A stretch of 64,000 nt of DNA, taken from positions 1 through 64,000 of IMG/VR virus record IMGVR_UViG_3300028887_000100, one strand, 5' to 3'. Made by a program: the position numbers and the translations under genes. The notes beneath the pieces are model-generated. The model saw only the letters and a program-made list of their open reading frames with translations. It searched no databases and was not told where the DNA came from. This document shows, piece by piece, positions 25,415 through 35,794 of the stretch. Source of the stretch: a virus (Duplodnaviria; Caudoviricetes). Position 1 is the stretch's first letter. Each line of letters opens with the position of its first letter.

Positions 25415-25846
25415 TTAGTATCCTATAAGCTCCATCTCTGTAGCACTATATATGACTTTATTGCCCTCAGTCCTTAAAATCGTAAATTCAATATCAGGAA
25501 TATAGAAATAGTCTGTAACATAGCCATTAATCTCAGGTATCCAAATGCTTGCTTTTACTTTTTTCTGACGCTTCTTGACATAATGTAGCTGTATCAATTC
25601 CAAGATACCAAAAAGCTGAGTATTGTCCATCTGTCTGAAAGTAAATTTACAATGACCGACTTTATGCGGATATGTTGTTCTTCTAAGTTTACCAGTGCCA
25701 GCTCGCTTTGCATCCTCATCCAATACTGAGTATGTGGCTTTATAGCTTTCATACACAATAGCTCCCATTGGAATCACGTAATCCCAATCTGCTGTTTGAC
25801 TTCCAGATATTGCCTTTATTTTAATCAAGTATCCTTCATAAGCCAA
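25415..25846 (-). CDS. Distal tail (Dit-like) protein
   Basis: Directly after the tape measure; size and sequence style. Confidence 0.65.
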   Translation of the reverse strand: MAYEGYLIKIKAISGSQTADWDYVIPMGAIVYESYKATYSVLDEDAKRAGTGKLRRTTYPHKVGHCKFTFRQMDNTQLFGILELIQLHYVKKRQKKVKASIWIPEINGYVTDYFYIPDIEFTILRTEGNKVIYSATEMELIGY

Positions 25847-25878
25847 TTATAACACACCTTCTTTCTATTTACAACTAC

Positions 25879-28551
25879 TTAAACAAGACTCTCATTGGGA
25901 AACTGCATTAAGTAGACTTTGGCTTCTTTCTGCCATGCCTTGAACAATCCTTTAGGGTCTCCCTTAACATCAAATGTAACTTTGACTCCCATCTTTGACA
26001 CTACATTTGCAACTGCCTGTTCTATTGTTGACAAAGGAGCTTCTACGTTTGTACCGTTCGTCTGGTCTCCAACCATCGCCAAGAATGGTTTATTAGGAGG
26101 AAGTACCATACCACTTGCTCCAAAAGGAATACGACCAAACTTCTTTTTTATATTTTCAAGCTCTTCTGGTGTAAGATTTTTCCATTTCTCTCCGACATCT
26201 CCAGCAACAAGCTGATGACGCTTTGCATCCTGTACTGCCTTATTATACTCTTCCTCAGTCTCGCCATATCTTGCAAGATGCACGTTATCAAGCTCTATAC
26301 CAATAAGACTACTTACAGCATTTGCGGCATCGATTGCGGCGTTAATTAACCACTCTATTGCTGATATAATTGCATTGAATGCTCCAAAGAATATCTTCTT
26401 GAGTCCTTCCATAGCTTGTTCCATATCGCCTGAGAACACGCCAGTTATGAAATCTACTATACCACTAAGTATCTGCTTGAAATCCTTAAATAGATTTCCA
26501 AGTGAGCCTATAGTGTTCTTTATAAGCCTTGCTACAGAACGTATAGCACTCTGTAATAGTATTGTAAGGAATCCAAACAGATATTCAAGTATTGGCATAA
26601 CGACTGTATCTAAGAAGTCAAACACACCTTGTAATGTATCTGAAAAATCACCATCTAAAAATTCCTGTATGTCCTCAATGATGTCTAAAAGTGCTTCTCC
26701 AAGAGTCTCAGCAATCGGCTTAATTACATTGTCAATCAACCACTCAAGCTTAGGTTCTACCCACTCTAAAAACTTAGTGATTTTGTCAAACACACTTCCC
26801 GCTAAATCACCTAAAACAGGAAGCAATTTTTCAACTAACCACTTGCCAAGGGGAAGTAAAATGTCTTTCCAAATCTTGCGTAAAAGCTTGAATATCGGCT
26901 GTAAAAATTCATGCACCTTTTCAAGTAGTCCTTTAACTGTCGTTAATAGTGGAGCTAAATCAAGGTCAACTGCCCACTCTGCTAAATCTTCTGTAATATC
27001 TGCAACAAAATTATAGATATCTGCAAATATACCGAGCAAAGCTTCAGCAATTCCATCACCGATTCCAGCTGTATTCCAAGCTTTGTCAAAAGCAGTTATA
27101 AGTCCGTTTACAAACTTTAAGATGCCTTCAAGCCTTCTCTGCATTGCTCCGAGTATCTTTTCGCCAGCACCATTTTCCCATGCTTTCTTGAATGATGCAC
27201 CAATATCCTTAATAAGCTTCAGCGCATTTTCAAGAGTCTTAAAAAGCTGATTATCCGCAAGACTTACTGTATCAAAGTATTTCTTAGCATAATGTACAGT
27301 ATCTTTAGTGAGTCCTACGCCGTTCTTCTGCTGAGATATTACATTCAGTTTATCAAATCCGGCAAGTGAACCGCTCGCTTCTTCCACGCTCTTTGCATAG
27401 TCTACATAATCTACAGATGCTTCATAGATGTAATTCTGTCCCGCAAGCATAGCAAAAAGCTGTGCCATCTTGTTCATCAATTCAGTAACCTTCTGAATCG
27501 CTAATGTAATTGCAGGCGCAAAAGCCTGTATAAATGGCTGTACAAGTGTTCCAACTGAAGCTTTCAAGCCCTTAAATGCTGTAACGATATCCGATACAGC
27601 TTTGTTCATCTCAGGTATCTCTTGTACCATTACTTTGATTGCTTCTTTTGCTACACTTCGCAAGCGTCTGAATAAAAAATACAAACTCCTGATACCAAGC
27701 GTGTATTTAAGCAAAGTCATAAGACCACGCTTCATTGACTTGCCTAAATCATCTGTGTGTCTGCTACTGCTTCTTGAATGCTTGGATAATAAACTAAGAG
27801 GATTAATCATGCGTAAAAGAGTTCTGGTTAATCCTGCCATAGCTGACGCTGTTGCTTTTGAAGCTTTTCCAAGACTTGCCAATGACAGCTTGTGTGATTC
27901 TTCCTCTTTAGTTGCTTCTTGTGCAAGCTGTATTTCTTCACCAAGCGTTAAATCAAGCTTTTCCTCATCATCGATGACCTGCTCGGCTCCCATATGTGTC
28001 TCTGCATACTTCTCTTTAAGTATATTGGCAGCCTGTACTGCTTGCATTAATGATGCGGCTTTATTTTTATACTCTTGAGTAGTTGTACCGCTTACAGTAT
28101 CCTGACCAAGCTCTTCCATCTTTGCTATATTGCCAGATACCTTCTCATATCGTTTCTGAAGTCTTTCCAGTTCTTCACCAAGCTCTTTATACTCAGAACC
28201 GTATTTCTCGCCTTTATTTAAAAGCTTTTTGCGCTCGGCTTCAACTTCTTCCATGCGCTTTTTTGTCTGTTCAAGTAGTTTGTTTAAAGATTCATAACGC
28301 TCCGTAGGTATTCTTGTATCCGCAAGCTTCTGAGCTTCACCAGCAAGCTTTTCCATGCGGTTAGCGACATTAGTAAGATTCTTGATATAAGACAAAGTTT
28401 TAGCATCAAGCTTACTCATATCGATATTGGATAAAATACGTTTAAGCTCGTTGCCTAACTGTTTTGCATCTTTTAAAGCCGTGTCAAAGTTAAGACCTAC
28501 TGGTATTTTTACACTTCCATCGGGCATAGTTATTGACCTCCCGTATTCCAA
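25879..28551 (-). CDS. Tape measure protein
   Basis: 890 aa helical protein with W/F periodic repeats; LAGFDKLNV and MVGDQ..VEAPL motifs. Confidence 0.9.
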   Translation of the reverse strand: MEYGRSITMPDGSVKIPVGLNFDTALKDAKQLGNELKRILSNIDMSKLDAKTLSYIKNLTNVANRMEKLAGEAQKLADTRIPTERYESLNKLLEQTKKRMEEVEAERKKLLNKGEKYGSEYKELGEELERLQKRYEKVSGNIAKMEELGQDTVSGTTTQEYKNKAASLMQAVQAANILKEKYAETHMGAEQVIDDEEKLDLTLGEEIQLAQEATKEEESHKLSLASLGKASKATASAMAGLTRTLLRMINPLSLLSKHSRSSSRHTDDLGKSMKRGLMTLLKYTLGIRSLYFLFRRLRSVAKEAIKVMVQEIPEMNKAVSDIVTAFKGLKASVGTLVQPFIQAFAPAITLAIQKVTELMNKMAQLFAMLAGQNYIYEASVDYVDYAKSVEEASGSLAGFDKLNVISQQKNGVGLTKDTVHYAKKYFDTVSLADNQLFKTLENALKLIKDIGASFKKAWENGAGEKILGAMQRRLEGILKFVNGLITAFDKAWNTAGIGDGIAEALLGIFADIYNFVADITEDLAEWAVDLDLAPLLTTVKGLLEKVHEFLQPIFKLLRKIWKDILLPLGKWLVEKLLPVLGDLAGSVFDKITKFLEWVEPKLEWLIDNVIKPIAETLGEALLDIIEDIQEFLDGDFSDTLQGVFDFLDTVVMPILEYLFGFLTILLQSAIRSVARLIKNTIGSLGNLFKDFKQILSGIVDFITGVFSGDMEQAMEGLKKIFFGAFNAIISAIEWLINAAIDAANAVSSLIGIELDNVHLARYGETEEEYNKAVQDAKRHQLVAGDVGEKWKNLTPEELENIKKKFGRIPFGASGMVLPPNKPFLAMVGDQTNGTNVEAPLSTIEQAVANVVSKMGVKVTFDVKGDPKGLFKAWQKEAKVYLMQFPNESLV

Positions 28552-29126
28552 TTTGCAAGAACCTCATCAAGAAATTCCTGCTCTTCTTTCGTAAAATTAT
28601 CATTACGCTTGAAAAGTTCGGGATTGCTATTAACATACTCCTGCTCATACTTCTCAAGCTTTTTACCTTTAATTATTTTTCTGCGTATATTAACTACAGT
28701 GGCTAATGTACATTCGCCTATCGCCATATAATAAGACATGAATGTCCACCAATGTAGATATTTTTCAGCTCTTATCTCTTTACCAGCAACATTGTTAATC
28801 GCTGATATTATCATTAATGCATCTTTGTCCCAATCAATAACTTTTGCTTCCGCTTTTAAGCCGGGTGTTTCTTCTTGACCACAATTAAAAAAGGAGAACA
28901 TTTGCTTGACTGCCTCTTCTATGTCGCCAAGCTGTTGAATGTCATTGATATCATTCAACCCATCATAGAATACCACTAAACAAGCCAATATTCTCTCATC
29001 TTCTTCAAGCTCTGCATCCTGTAATAATCTAAAGCAGTCCAGAACCATACGGAAGTCTCCGTCCCTCCGTATGGCGTGGGCTGTATCATTGAGTATCACA
29101 GAAGTTGGTAACTCATACTCAAGCAT
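28530..29126 (-). CDS. Tail assembly protein (A118 Gp15-like)
   Basis: DFRMVL...DWDKDALMIISA...YLHWWTF motifs. Confidence 0.85.
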   Translation of the reverse strand: MLEYELPTSVILNDTAHAIRRDGDFRMVLDCFRLLQDAELEEDERILACLVVFYDGLNDINDIQQLGDIEEAVKQMFSFFNCGQEETPGLKAEAKVIDWDKDALMIISAINNVAGKEIRAEKYLHWWTFMSYYMAIGECTLATVVNIRRKIIKGKKLEKYEQEYVNSNPELFKRNDNFTKEEQEFLDEVLANWNTGGQ

Positions 29127-29128
29127 GA

Positions 29129-29620
29129 TTATTTATTCCCATTCTTGACATAAGCGGGAAGCTTTTTATCGATACGGGACTTTAAAGCATAATACTCTTT
29201 GTTAATATTGTTTTCATAAAGCTTTGTGAGTGCGTTGATGATGTGTTCAAAACGTAACTCGCCATCAATTACATCAAACATATATCCGCTTCCTTCGGGA
29301 GCGCATACTTCAGATACTGGAGCACTGAATATATAGTCCATGATGTTTCGCATCTTTAAGTCCATCTCTTTCATTACATCTAAGAATTTTGAGATGTCCT
29401 CACCACTCTCATCAGCGGGCTCCTCTGACTCGGCTGTATCACCCATCTTTGTTTTAAGCTCTGCAAACGTATCATATAACTGCTTCAAACCGTCCTGCAT
29501 ACGATTGTAAACGCCAAAATCTGAAAGATTAAGTGTAAAGCTTTTGTCAGGGTTACCATCCACCTGAATCTTAGTACCTTTAGTTGACGATAAATCAAGA
29601 TTTAAAACCTTCTGTTCCAT
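29129..29620 (-). CDS. Tail assembly chaperone
   Basis: Position between tail tube and Gp15-like gene. Confidence 0.7.
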   Translation of the reverse strand: MEQKVLNLDLSSTKGTKIQVDGNPDKSFTLNLSDFGVYNRMQDGLKQLYDTFAELKTKMGDTAESEEPADESGEDISKFLDVMKEMDLKMRNIMDYIFSAPVSEVCAPEGSGYMFDVIDGELRFEHIINALTKLYENNINKEYYALKSRIDKKLPAYVKNGNK

Positions 29621-29687
29621 AATTCAATCCTCCTGTGATATCAAATGTTATTTAATTGTGTTAAAAAGTACGGAGCCTTATACTACA

Positions 29688-30221
29688 TCAAAGACCTGAT
29701 GTAGTAGTGGTAGTGCTGTCAGGTGTAAACTGGAAGTCTGAAGTAAGCTTATCTACAGTACCTGTAGTAATCTTGTTACTGAAGTAAACAGTAATAGGCA
29801 TATCAGTCTTGGTATCACCACCGATGCTGTTATAAACGATTGTACAACCGGTATGCTTCTCAGCCTGATATTCTCCATCCTGCTTCTTGAATGCTGTGAT
29901 AACATAAACTGTAAAATCGCCAAGCTCTGACAGTGCGTTTCTACGTCTCTTCTCATTCAGGAACTCTGCTAAATCATTTCCACCTGTGATGGTGAAAGGC
30001 TCGAAACTCTGCTGAGGCTGTGACTTGTTAACATCAGTATAGTTCTCACCAAGAATATCGGTTATGGTAGAAATATCATGATTGTAATCAATCTGTGATG
30101 ACTCGATACGCTGTCCGAGAATCTGTCTCTTGGGTGATACACTACCTGTTTCAGTCCACTCAGCCACAGTGATGAGAAGTTTTCTATCCGCTCTCTGACC
30201 TGTAGTCAACTCAAAACCCAT
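29688..30221 (-). CDS. Major tail tube protein
   Basis: 177 aa; TDILGEN..., SIGGD motifs; position. Confidence 0.8.
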   Translation of the reverse strand: MGFELTTGQRADRKLLITVAEWTETGSVSPKRQILGQRIESSQIDYNHDISTITDILGENYTDVNKSQPQQSFEPFTITGGNDLAEFLNEKRRRNALSELGDFTVYVITAFKKQDGEYQAEKHTGCTIVYNSIGGDTKTDMPITVYFSNKITTGTVDKLTSDFQFTPDSTTTTTSGL

Positions 30222-30235
30222 TGTATTTTCCTCCT

Positions 30236-30715
30236 TTAAGTAATTACTTTGCTATTGTCGATATAGTCAATCTGAATAGTAAAGCTGTATTTTGCTAACG
30301 CAGGTTTCAACTGCGTGTCCACTCCGTTCAATACAGGATTATCAGTTACAACACGCATTTCCTCAATCTGACATTTACTGCCAAAATTGGGATAGACTTT
30401 AGCTTCTTCCTGTTCGCCAATCCAATCGATAATCTCTTGTATATCTGCATACTCCTGCACATTCTCATTTGTATAACCTTGAGTCTTAACGATTGCCTGA
30501 TAACTGACTGACCTATAATCAATCAGCGTAAAGCTATAACGCTTCATCACACTGCCATCAATATAGGGTCTGTTGATGTTCTTATCATTGCCCATCGTGA
30601 CAATCTGCTTGTTATCATCTTTTGCATTGATAAAGTTAAAGAATAAAGGATTGCTCTGTATTGCTGGGCATGTGCATAAAAAATCTATGACTGCCTTTTC
30701 TTTACTATCTGCCAT
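30236..30715 (-). CDS. Tail terminator / connector protein
   Basis: Position before the tube; AKYSFTIQIDY ending. Confidence 0.6.
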   Translation of the reverse strand: MADSKEKAVIDFLCTCPAIQSNPLFFNFINAKDDNKQIVTMGNDKNINRPYIDGSVMKRYSFTLIDYRSVSYQAIVKTQGYTNENVQEYADIQEIIDWIGEQEEAKVYPNFGSKCQIEEMRVVTDNPVLNGVDTQLKPALAKYSFTIQIDYIDNSKVIT

Positions 30716-31163
30716 AAATCTCTCTTGCCCTCCTCAACAATATATTTTCAACGTCTTTGGTAAATTCATCACCCTGCTCCTGCATCATGACCTCATCCCA
30801 ATGTGCTGTAGCTCTCGGATGCTTTTCTGTGCTGTAGTTCATTGACCTACCTGTAGGTGATTTTGGCATATTTGGTATGCTGAACCATCCGACAATTACA
30901 CCATTTTCAAATATCGGGATATTAGGCCCGTAGACATTACCCTCATACAGATAATGTGCATACGGAACAGCTTCATTTCCCCATTGTACGTATTCTGGAG
31001 TTATCTGCGCAAATGCTGATTGTGAAAGGGCACCTTCGTCCATAGGAACATACGGGTCACATCGCTTTGCAAAAGCTGTATGAATTTCAAGCATAGTTGC
31101 ATCATCAACAATATCCTGTAACTGCTGTAATATTATGTTGCTGATATCAACCGATACTGACAT
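30705..31163 (-). CDS. Minor capsid / neck protein (A118-like)
   Basis: DPYVPMDEGAL...PYAHYLYEG...AHWD. Confidence 0.75.
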   Translation of the reverse strand: MSVSVDISNIILQQLQDIVDDATMLEIHTAFAKRCDPYVPMDEGALSQSAFAQITPEYVQWGNEAVPYAHYLYEGNVYGPNIPIFENGVIVGWFSIPNMPKSPTGRSMNYSTEKHPRATAHWDEVMMQEQGDEFTKDVENILLRRAREIYGR

Positions 31164-31164
31164 G

Positions 31165-31611
31165 TCATACTCCCTGCGCTCTGTAATGCGGAAGTCCTCG
31201 ACCGGGCCCAACATTTACTGCGGCGACTTCAATCTCAAAACAACCCTGCAATTCTTTGTACTTCTCAATCACATCAGATGAGCGATGTCCAGAAACATAT
31301 TCATTGATAGTATCATCAACTTCGCCTTTAACGATGATATCTCCCTGTCCAAGTGTAAAAAATTGAGCTTTAACATCAGCAGGAAGATTTATCCATACGC
31401 CTTTTTCTTTGAAGCTGTCAGACTCGCGTATTCTGCATACTGTACTGTTTGTCTCAAGAACTGTATCTCTGATTGTTATTTTATCATGTACATACTTCCA
31501 AAAACAACCATTAACAACATGCTTATACCATGTGACCAGCTGTGTGACTGCATCTGTGTGCTTGTTGTAGATTGTAACAGTGGTATCCCACCAAACAGGA
31601 TATTTACTCAT
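31165..31611 (-). CDS. Head closure protein
   Basis: TVTIYNK...TLGQGDIIVKG...HYRAQG; position. Confidence 0.65.
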   Translation of the reverse strand: MSKYPVWWDTTVTIYNKHTDAVTQLVTWYKHVVNGCFWKYVHDKITIRDTVLETNSTVCRIRESDSFKEKGVWINLPADVKAQFFTLGQGDIIVKGEVDDTINEYVSGHRSSDVIEKYKELQGCFEIEVAAVNVGPGRGLPHYRAQGV

Positions 31612-32023
31612 TCGGATATACTCCTCTATAAAGCACTTTCTGTCCAAGACTATTCTTGACAGCTGAAAGATACTGGTCGACTATCTGTTTAATCTGCGTC
31701 TTACTGTTTTCAACCACATCTTTTGCATTAAGCACATTATAGCTTACAGATACGCCATCGTTGGACTGACTCGCGATTCCAGCGCCTTCTGAATTGTTCT
31801 GCGCTGATGCTGTATCAAGCCCATTGACCTGCTGTTGTGCTACAATGTACTGAATAATCTTGTAAACACATCTCTTTACAGCTTCAGGATATTCGTTTTC
31901 ATTCTGAAGCCTGTTAAATGTGTACCAATCAACAACGGAAGAAGCTTCAAACTCTAAATCATTAAAGGTGGTCTCATCAGCTGTTCCACCATAATTCTGA
32001 TATTCAAGATATGTCAGATACAT
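31604..32023 (-). CDS. Head-tail adaptor
   Basis: MYLTYLEY...SQSNDGVSVSY...LYRGV. Confidence 0.8.
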   Translation of the reverse strand: MYLTYLEYQNYGGTADETTFNDLEFEASSVVDWYTFNRLQNENEYPEAVKRCVYKIIQYIVAQQQVNGLDTASAQNNSEGAGIASQSNDGVSVSYNVLNAKDVVENSKTQIKQIVDQYLSAVKNSLGQKVLYRGVYPNE

Positions 32024-32042
32024 TGACTACACCACCTTCCAA

Positions 32043-32393
32043 TTATTTTGCTTTCTTAGTTCTCTTAGATGCAGGTTTCTCGACTTCAGCTGTGGCTTCG
32101 GTCTCTACAACTGACTTTGAAGTTGGAGCATTAAGCTCCGCATTTTCAGCTTTGAGCTTTGCATTTTCAGCTTTAAGCTCTGCTATCTGCTTCTTTAAAT
32201 CAGCGATTTCTGCCACATGCTTATCATATGCAAACTTTAATGAGTTAGGGTCATTCGGAACATGCTCTTTAATCACGTTTCCAAGCGAATCCACGACATC
32301 ATAGCCCTTAGACATATATTTGTCTACTGCATCCACAGGAACGTCTAAATAGACGTTCCTGCGCTTTACTGTAACTGTCTTAGCGTCTGTCAT
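32043..32393 (-). CDS. Capsid-adjacent hypothetical protein (coiled coil)
   Basis: 116-aa ORF right after the capsid gene. Confidence 0.6.
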   Translation of the reverse strand: MTDAKTVTVKRRNVYLDVPVDAVDKYMSKGYDVVDSLGNVIKEHVPNDPNSLKFAYDKHVAEIADLKKQIAELKAENAKLKAENAELNAPTSKSVVETEATAEVEKPASKRTKKAK

Positions 32394-32415
32394 AACTGAC
32401 TCCTTTTATCAACTA

Positions 32416-33426
32416 TCATTCAGTTGTTTCTGTGGTCTCGGTAGTCTCAGTTGTCTCTGTAGTGCCGGTTGTGCCAGCATCAGTGATATTGAACTGAATT
32501 GCATCTGACTTCTTGTTAAGAATGAATGCGTCCTCGAAAGACTCCTCGTAGTAAACATACTTGCCTTCTGACATTGCTGAAGGAGCATCAAGTCTTGAGA
32601 AGGTGTAGCTTACAGGTGTGATGACTGCAAGCGGATGAACAAGGAACATGTTAATCTGCTTTGCTCCGGGAGCTACTTCCCAACCTGTAGTAAACTTATA
32701 AGCTGTTTTCATAAGTGTTGAAGGAACACCAATGATTTCAACCTCATCAAGTCTGTTTACTCTACGGTCGATTGCGTTAGGTCCTGAAGTGATGTCCATT
32801 GAACGTGAAATCTTATCAGCATTGCCGATGAGCTTCTTAACTTCATTGGTTACATACAGGATACGACCTGTAGGAGGTACCATTGCATTATCCATCTTCA
32901 GCATTAAGTCATCAAATACATTGAGGACATTCTGAAGAGTAAGAACTGTGGTATCAGGAGTATGAGTCTCCTGAGTACGAGGATTCTTTGTCTCAAGCCA
33001 ATCTGTGTAAATCTTGGAAATGAGGTAAGCATCCATTTCGGGGAACTTCTGCTCTGTATTAAATACGTTAGTGATGTTAGCGATGGTTGCTACCATGTTG
33101 GTCTGGTCAATGTCCATAGGATGAACAAGTGTAGACCACTTTCTCTGATTCTCAAGGGTCTTGGGCTCCCAAGCGTTGTCGTAATTACGCTGTGCAAATG
33201 CTACGGTATCTCTGTCAGCATTAACACGACCGGAAGTTGAAATGCTGGGAATCTCGATAGTCTTTGCACTTGTCCAACGATATCTACCATTGTTAGGTGT
33301 GCTGTAGAGCTTACCAAAGTTGAGGACGTAAGGCCACATCTGTGATAACGCTCTTGAATACTCGGTAGCATAATTGATGCCACCCTGTGCGGTTGTGCCA
33401 TTGTTTGCGGGTGCTACATAAGGCAT
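32416..33426 (-). CDS. Major capsid protein (HK97 fold)
   Basis: INYATEYSRAL, AKTIEIPSI, FPEMDAY, QINMFLVHP, YEESFEDAF. Confidence 0.9.
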   Translation of the reverse strand: MPYVAPANNGTTAQGGINYATEYSRALSQMWPYVLNFGKLYSTPNNGRYRWTSAKTIEIPSISTSGRVNADRDTVAFAQRNYDNAWEPKTLENQRKWSTLVHPMDIDQTNMVATIANITNVFNTEQKFPEMDAYLISKIYTDWLETKNPRTQETHTPDTTVLTLQNVLNVFDDLMLKMDNAMVPPTGRILYVTNEVKKLIGNADKISRSMDITSGPNAIDRRVNRLDEVEIIGVPSTLMKTAYKFTTGWEVAPGAKQINMFLVHPLAVITPVSYTFSRLDAPSAMSEGKYVYYEESFEDAFILNKKSDAIQFNITDAGTTGTTETTETTETTETTE

Positions 33427-33454
33427 AGTATTTTCCTCCTATATAAAAATGATT

Positions 33455-34129
33455 TTACGGCATAGGTCTAATCGGCGTAAAGTGCATCGCATTTAAAAAG
33501 CCTCCAGTCGGGTCACCTGCGTTTACATCTTCAGCTCCGGGTGTAGAACCTACGAACTGCGGTTTGCTCTCAGAACCTTCATTAAACTGATTTAAGTCAA
33601 TCTCAGTAATGAACGCGTCCTGATTGCTTTCGGTGTATGACTTCAAAAAGTCATCAGCACCAAGAATGGAGTCATTCTCCATCTTTAACTGCTTTGCAAG
33701 CATAGACTGTATGAAGTCTCTTTTAGCGGCCGTACTTGAGAACGTCTGTCCATCAGCATACCTATTAACTGCATACTTATAGGCCTGCTCCTGTAACTGC
33801 TTCTTATAAGCTTTTGAATCCTCATCATACTTAGACTGTAAAGTCTGAAGCTGTGTGGTAAGCTCGGCAAGCTTTGTAGTATCTGCGCCTGCACTCTCAA
33901 GCTGTTTCTTTAGAGTCTCCAAGTCTGTGTCGCGTGTTGAGATTGTACCTGTAAGAGTCTCAATCTCTCTTGCTTTTGACTCAAGCTCGGCATCAAACTT
34001 ACTCTTGGACACATATGCGCCCTCACTCAAATCAGCAAACTTAGCATTGCCAGCTTTAGCTAATTCGGAAAACTGTTCATAAGTCAATACGCCATTCTCT
34101 GCTTTGTCAAAAATTTCTTTGATGTTCAT
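33455..34129 (-). CDS. Capsid scaffolding protein (GP20-like)
   Basis: GAYVSKSKFDA, coiled coil, LGADD, KPQF; upstream of the capsid gene. Confidence 0.85.
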   Translation of the reverse strand: MNIKEIFDKAENGVLTYEQFSELAKAGNAKFADLSEGAYVSKSKFDAELESKAREIETLTGTISTRDTDLETLKKQLESAGADTTKLAELTTQLQTLQSKYDEDSKAYKKQLQEQAYKYAVNRYADGQTFSSTAAKRDFIQSMLAKQLKMENDSILGADDFLKSYTESNQDAFITEIDLNQFNEGSESKPQFVGSTPGAEDVNAGDPTGGFLNAMHFTPIRPMP

Positions 34130-34151
34130 AAATTTCCTCCATTCTTTATGT

Positions 34152-34233
34152 CTGTTATTTGTAAACGCGGATTACAGTGTCCGCTGAATGTGCGTTCTTT
34201 AAACGACTTTACGCTGGTCGTATATATCAACAG
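34152..34233 (-). promoter_or_regulatory. Structured 5' leader of the scaffold gene (candidate GP20-type RNA motif)
   Basis: CTGTT/AACAG closing stem enclosing ACGAC/GTCGT and GCGGA/TCCGC hairpins. Confidence 0.5.
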
Positions 34234-34238
34234 GCTAT

Positions 34239-34496
34239 TCAACCTTTTGATATCTGCTTTTCCGCTGATTCCATGCGTCTTTCAAGATTGTGTACTTTCT
34301 CAATTAAGACGGGTACCTGCTCGATACCAGCACTGTGTTTTTCCACCTGTGCTGTGATATAATCAAGCTTAATATTCATCTCCGACTGATTGATTTCCAA
34401 TTTATGCTCAATCTGTCTATTCGACATGATATTGGTAAAAATTATTCCAATCAACGCTAAAACACCAGTAATAATTGAGGGCAGTATGTTTTCCAT
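34239..34496 (-). CDS. Holin-like / XhlA-like protein, paralog of 13254-13523
   Basis: TM helix plus coiled coil; VEKH...QVP...NLERRM versus VDKH...QIP...NLEKRV. Confidence 0.65.
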   Translation of the reverse strand: MENILPSIITGVLALIGIIFTNIMSNRQIEHKLEINQSEMNIKLDYITAQVEKHSAGIEQVPVLIEKVHNLERRMESAEKQISKG

Positions 34497-34533
34497 AAGC
34501 GACCTCCTTTGAGAATATTTATTCTCACTTTGT

Positions 34534-34562
34534 AGTATAGCATCTTTTGGTGAAAAATACAA
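34534..34562 (-). promoter_or_regulatory. Sigma-70/SigA-like promoter TTGTAT-N17-TATACT
   Basis: Canonical spacing upstream of 34496. Confidence 0.5.
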
Positions 34563-34572
34563 GTGGTTTTTA

Positions 34573-35793
34573 TCATTTCACCGAAATTTTTTTGTAACCA
34601 TTTACCTGTATCTTGCCAAGCTTCATAGACAATCCACAAGCTTTGGAAAACGCGCTGTATTCTGCGGTATATCTATTTATCTTGACTTGATATTCCTTAG
34701 CTAATTCCATGTCTCCTGCGCTTTGTGCGGCTATCTGACCATCTTTAGCCTGTCTTATCTTTGTTTCAAGCATTCGCTGTCGCTGTGTGCATTCATACAT
34801 TGTGAGATGTTTACCATTTGGAAATGTATATCCCTCTTGATTCTTCTTGAGTATTTCCTGTAACTGTTTATCTGTGTACGTCTGACCTTCAACACCTATA
34901 ACTATTGATATCGCAAAGTGCCTACAGTTCAAAGTGCCTACAGCTCTTTCAAAGCCTTGATATTCTCTGCCTTGTACATCTTTGAAGTTTTCAGCGTTCT
35001 GCATCTTCTCAAATTCAGCTTTTGAGTACTGGTGCCCTTGCATCTCTGCATGGTCAGGAGCGGGATTCATATGTACTGAGATTTCAACACCATCAGCTCC
35101 AAACTCTTCACCGACTATATTCTGCATCTGCTGGTTTATAGCTCTCATTCCGTCTTGAAGATTTCGCCTGACAGCTGTATCAAGTCTCTGCGCGTATGTT
35201 CTTCCACTCTCTGTATTGTAGACTACATAACGTATACCATTCTCGCATAACTGCTTTAAAGTGTTGTGCATCGCTGTCCTGTAATCAACTCCACCAGATG
35301 CGGCCTGTACTGCTTCATCCACGATTCTTTGATATGTTCTGGCAACATTTGTTGGTATGAATCTCTTAGGATTTTTAGGGTCTCTGACCATAAAAGCCTG
35401 TGCTTTCGCGATGTTCTTATAGCTGTCTGATGTCTGACGCGCCATAGCTTCTACGCGTCTTTTCAACACTGTATTTTCATCATATGGTATATATGACTTC
35501 TTCCTAAAATCATAGAATGGCTTTGCGCTTCTGTATGCATCTTTAGCAACAAATCTTACCAGATTCTGTATATCTGCAACCTGTAAAGCTGTAAGACTTG
35601 CAAGCTCTTCCATTATCTTCTTTGCATCTGCGCCTGTATTTCTTAGATTAATCAGTGTTTGGACATCAGAAGGTAGCACCTCGCCAACTTCTTTTATGCG
35701 CTGTGCTATCTTCTTGATTAACCAAGTGTTTATTCTCTGCTGTCGATTGATTATAGGCTCTATGAGTCTGTTTAATGCATCATCTGGTAACAT
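34573..35793 (-). CDS. Phage minor capsid protein 2 (MuF-like), no toxin extension
   Basis: AVRRNL, VEISVH..PAPDH...QG, NCRH, QRQRMLETKIR. Confidence 0.9.
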   Translation of the reverse strand: MLPDDALNRLIEPIINRQQRINTWLIKKIAQRIKEVGEVLPSDVQTLINLRNTGADAKKIMEELASLTALQVADIQNLVRFVAKDAYRSAKPFYDFRKKSYIPYDENTVLKRRVEAMARQTSDSYKNIAKAQAFMVRDPKNPKRFIPTNVARTYQRIVDEAVQAASGGVDYRTAMHNTLKQLCENGIRYVVYNTESGRTYAQRLDTAVRRNLQDGMRAINQQMQNIVGEEFGADGVEISVHMNPAPDHAEMQGHQYSKAEFEKMQNAENFKDVQGREYQGFERAVGTLNCRHFAISIVIGVEGQTYTDKQLQEILKKNQEGYTFPNGKHLTMYECTQRQRMLETKIRQAKDGQIAAQSAGDMELAKEYQVKINRYTAEYSAFSKACGLSMKLGKIQVNGYKKISVK

Positions 35794-35794
35794 T

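Noticed and set aside
29100-29160. Programmed frameshift between the two tail chaperone genes
   Set aside because: No X XXY YYZ slippery heptamer before the stop; the second gene has its own ATG two bases later
34573-35793. MuF-fused polymorphic toxin
   Set aside because: The protein ends at about 406 aa with no C-terminal extension; the toxin-like domains are on separate WIT-leader genes
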